Positions 62,441 to 64,000 of a stretch of 64,000 bases of DNA are shown one piece after another. How positions within the stretch are numbered: position 1 is the first letter of the stretch; each line of letters starts with the position of its first letter. Below the pieces are notes generated by a model. It had not been told where the DNA came from and searched no databases. It saw only the letters and a list, made by a program, of their open reading frames with translations. The stretch is taken from the NCBI RefSeq assembly GCF_009914755.1, contig NC_060943.1, one strand, 5' to 3'. Source of the DNA: the human T2T-CHM13v2.0 reference genome, Homo sapiens. A program made the translations under genes and the position numbers.

Positions 62441-64000
62441 AGGCCTTCGTTGGAAGCGGGATTTCTTCATATTCTGCTAGACAGAAGAATTCTCAGTAAC
62501 TTCCTTGTGTTGTGTGTATTCAACTCACAGAGTTGAACGATCCTTTACACAGAGCAGACTTGAAACACTCTTTTTGTGGAATTTGCAAGTGGAGATTTCA
62601 GCCGCTTTGAGTTCAATGGTAGAATAGGAAATATCTTCCTATAGAAACTAGACAGAATGATTCTCAGAAACTCCTTTGTGATGTGTGCGTTCACCTCACA
62701 GAGTTCAACCTTTCTTTTCATAGAGCAGTTGGGAAACACTCTGTTTGTAAAGTCTGCAAGTGGATATTCAGACATCCTTGAGGCTTTCGTTGGAAACGGG
62801 ATTTCTTCATATTCTGCTAGAAAGAAGAATTCTCAGTAACTTCCTTGTGTTGTGTGTATTCAACTCACAGAGTTGAACGATCCTTTACACAGAGCAGACT
62901 TGAAACACTCTTTTTGTGGAATTTGCAAGTGGAGATTTCAGCCGCTTTGAGGTCAATGGTAGAATAGGAAATATCTTCCTATAGAAACTAGACAGAATGA
63001 TTCTCAGAAACTCCTTTGTGATGTGTGCGTTCAACTCACACAGTTTAACCTTTCTTTTCATAGAGCAGTTAGGAAACACTCTGTTTGTAAAGTCTGCAAG
63101 TGGATATTCAGACCTCCTTGAGGCCTTCGTTGGAAACGGGTTTTCTTCACATTATGCTAGACAGAAGAATTCTCAGGAACTTCCTTGTGTTGTGTGTATT
63201 CAACTCACAGAGTTGAACGATCCTTTACACAGAGCAGACTTGAAACACTCTTTTTGTGGAATTTGCAAGTGGAGATTTCAGCCGCTTTGAGTTCAATGGT
63301 AGAATAGGAAATATCTTCCTATAGAAAGTACACAGAATGATTCTCAGAAACTGCTTTGTGATGTGTGCGTTCAACTCACAGAGTTCAACCTTTCTTTTCA
63401 TAGAGCAGTTGGGAAACACTCTGTTTGTAAAGTCTGCAAGTGGATATTCAGACTTCTTTGAGGCCTTCGTTGGAAGCGGGATTTCTTCATATTCTGCTAG
63501 ACAGAAGAATTCTCAGTAACTTCCTTGTGTTGTGTGTATTCAACTCACAGAGTTGAACGATCCTTTACACAGAGCAGACTTGAAACACTCTTTTTGTGGA
63601 ATTTGCAAGTGGAGATTTCAGCCGCTTTGAGTTCAATGGTAGAATAGGAAATATCTTCCTATAGAAACTAGACAGAATGATTCTCAGAAACTCCTTTGTG
63701 ATGTGTGCGTTCACCTCACAGAGTTCAACCTTTCTTTTCATAGAGCAGTTGGGAAACACTCTGTTTGTAAAGTCTGCAAGTGGATATTCAGACTTCTTTG
63801 AGGCCTTCGTTGGAAGCGGGATTTCTTCATGTTCTGCTAGACAGAAGAATTCTCAGAAACTTCCTTGTGTTGTGTGTATTCAACTCACAGAGTTGAACGA
63901 TCCTTTACACAGAGCAGACTTGAAACACTCTTTTTGTGGAATTTGCAAGTGGAGATTTCAGCCGCTTTGAGGTCAATGGTAGAATAGGAAATATCTTCCT

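Larger units (their letters stand above)
1..64000 (+). repeat. Centromeric alpha-satellite array, 340-bp dimer (SF1 J1/J2 type; probably the chr1/5/19 D1Z7/D5Z2/D19Z3 family), about 188.2 copies
   Basis: Seen: exact 340-bp period, two related monomers of 169 and 171 bp with alphoid motifs (ttctcagaaact, caactcacagagtt, gaaacactct), one CENP-B box and one EcoRI site per dimer. Established: this organisation is the SF1 340-bp EcoRI dimer. The family is recognised from memory and the chromosome cannot be assigned. Confidence 0.98.

Noticed and set aside
97-63970. Hundreds of 60-97 aa ORFs on both strands (MILRNSF..., MSEYPLAD..., MFPNCSMK...)
   Set aside because: They are chance open frames in the satellite unit, repeated every 340 bp. 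I recognise no domain, and length changes follow single SNVs such as taa>aaa or gaa. They served only as SNV reporters.
1-64000. CRISPR-like array or other prokaryotic system
   Set aside because: There are no unique spacers or cas-like genes, and the sequence is fully explained as alpha satellite.
1-64000. L1/Alu insertion, inversion or hidden non-satellite insert
   Set aside because: The 340-bp phase and orientation are unbroken. Gaps in the ORF track (near 4065, 26165, 39537, 40105, 53705, 59485) are explained by single SNVs (aatact, tcttag).
1-64000. Assignment to chromosome 1, 5 or 19, or to the kinetochore site
   Set aside because: These arrays share the dimer, so alignment and epigenetic data are needed.

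Overview
The whole window is one uninterrupted head-to-tail array of primate (almost certainly human) centromeric alpha-satellite DNA. It holds 188 full copies plus 80 bp of an exactly 340-bp dimer, made of a 169-bp CENP-B-box monomer and a 171-bp pJalpha-type monomer. It resembles the suprachromosomal family 1 dimeric array shared by chromosomes 1, 5 and 19 (D1Z7/D5Z2/D19Z3). I found no genes, transposons, inversions or sub-dimer indels, and the ORF track is an artefact of the repeat. I found no new protein-coding system. The unexplained structure lies in the SNV pattern, read by eye. There are three dimer haplotypes, called A (gacatccttg/aggcttt), B (gacctccttg/attatgc) and C (gacttctttg/tggaagcggg). 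Two sub-domains meet near 21.4-22.1 kb. The left one has a cryptic 11-dimer super-repeat, CpG gains and only intact CENP-B boxes. The right one has B/C alternation, a 13.6-kb tandem duplication and all the broken boxes. I also noted short apparent gene-conversion tracts at a 1360-bp register and a triple-mutated CENP-B box. Dimer n starts at 1+340(n-1).
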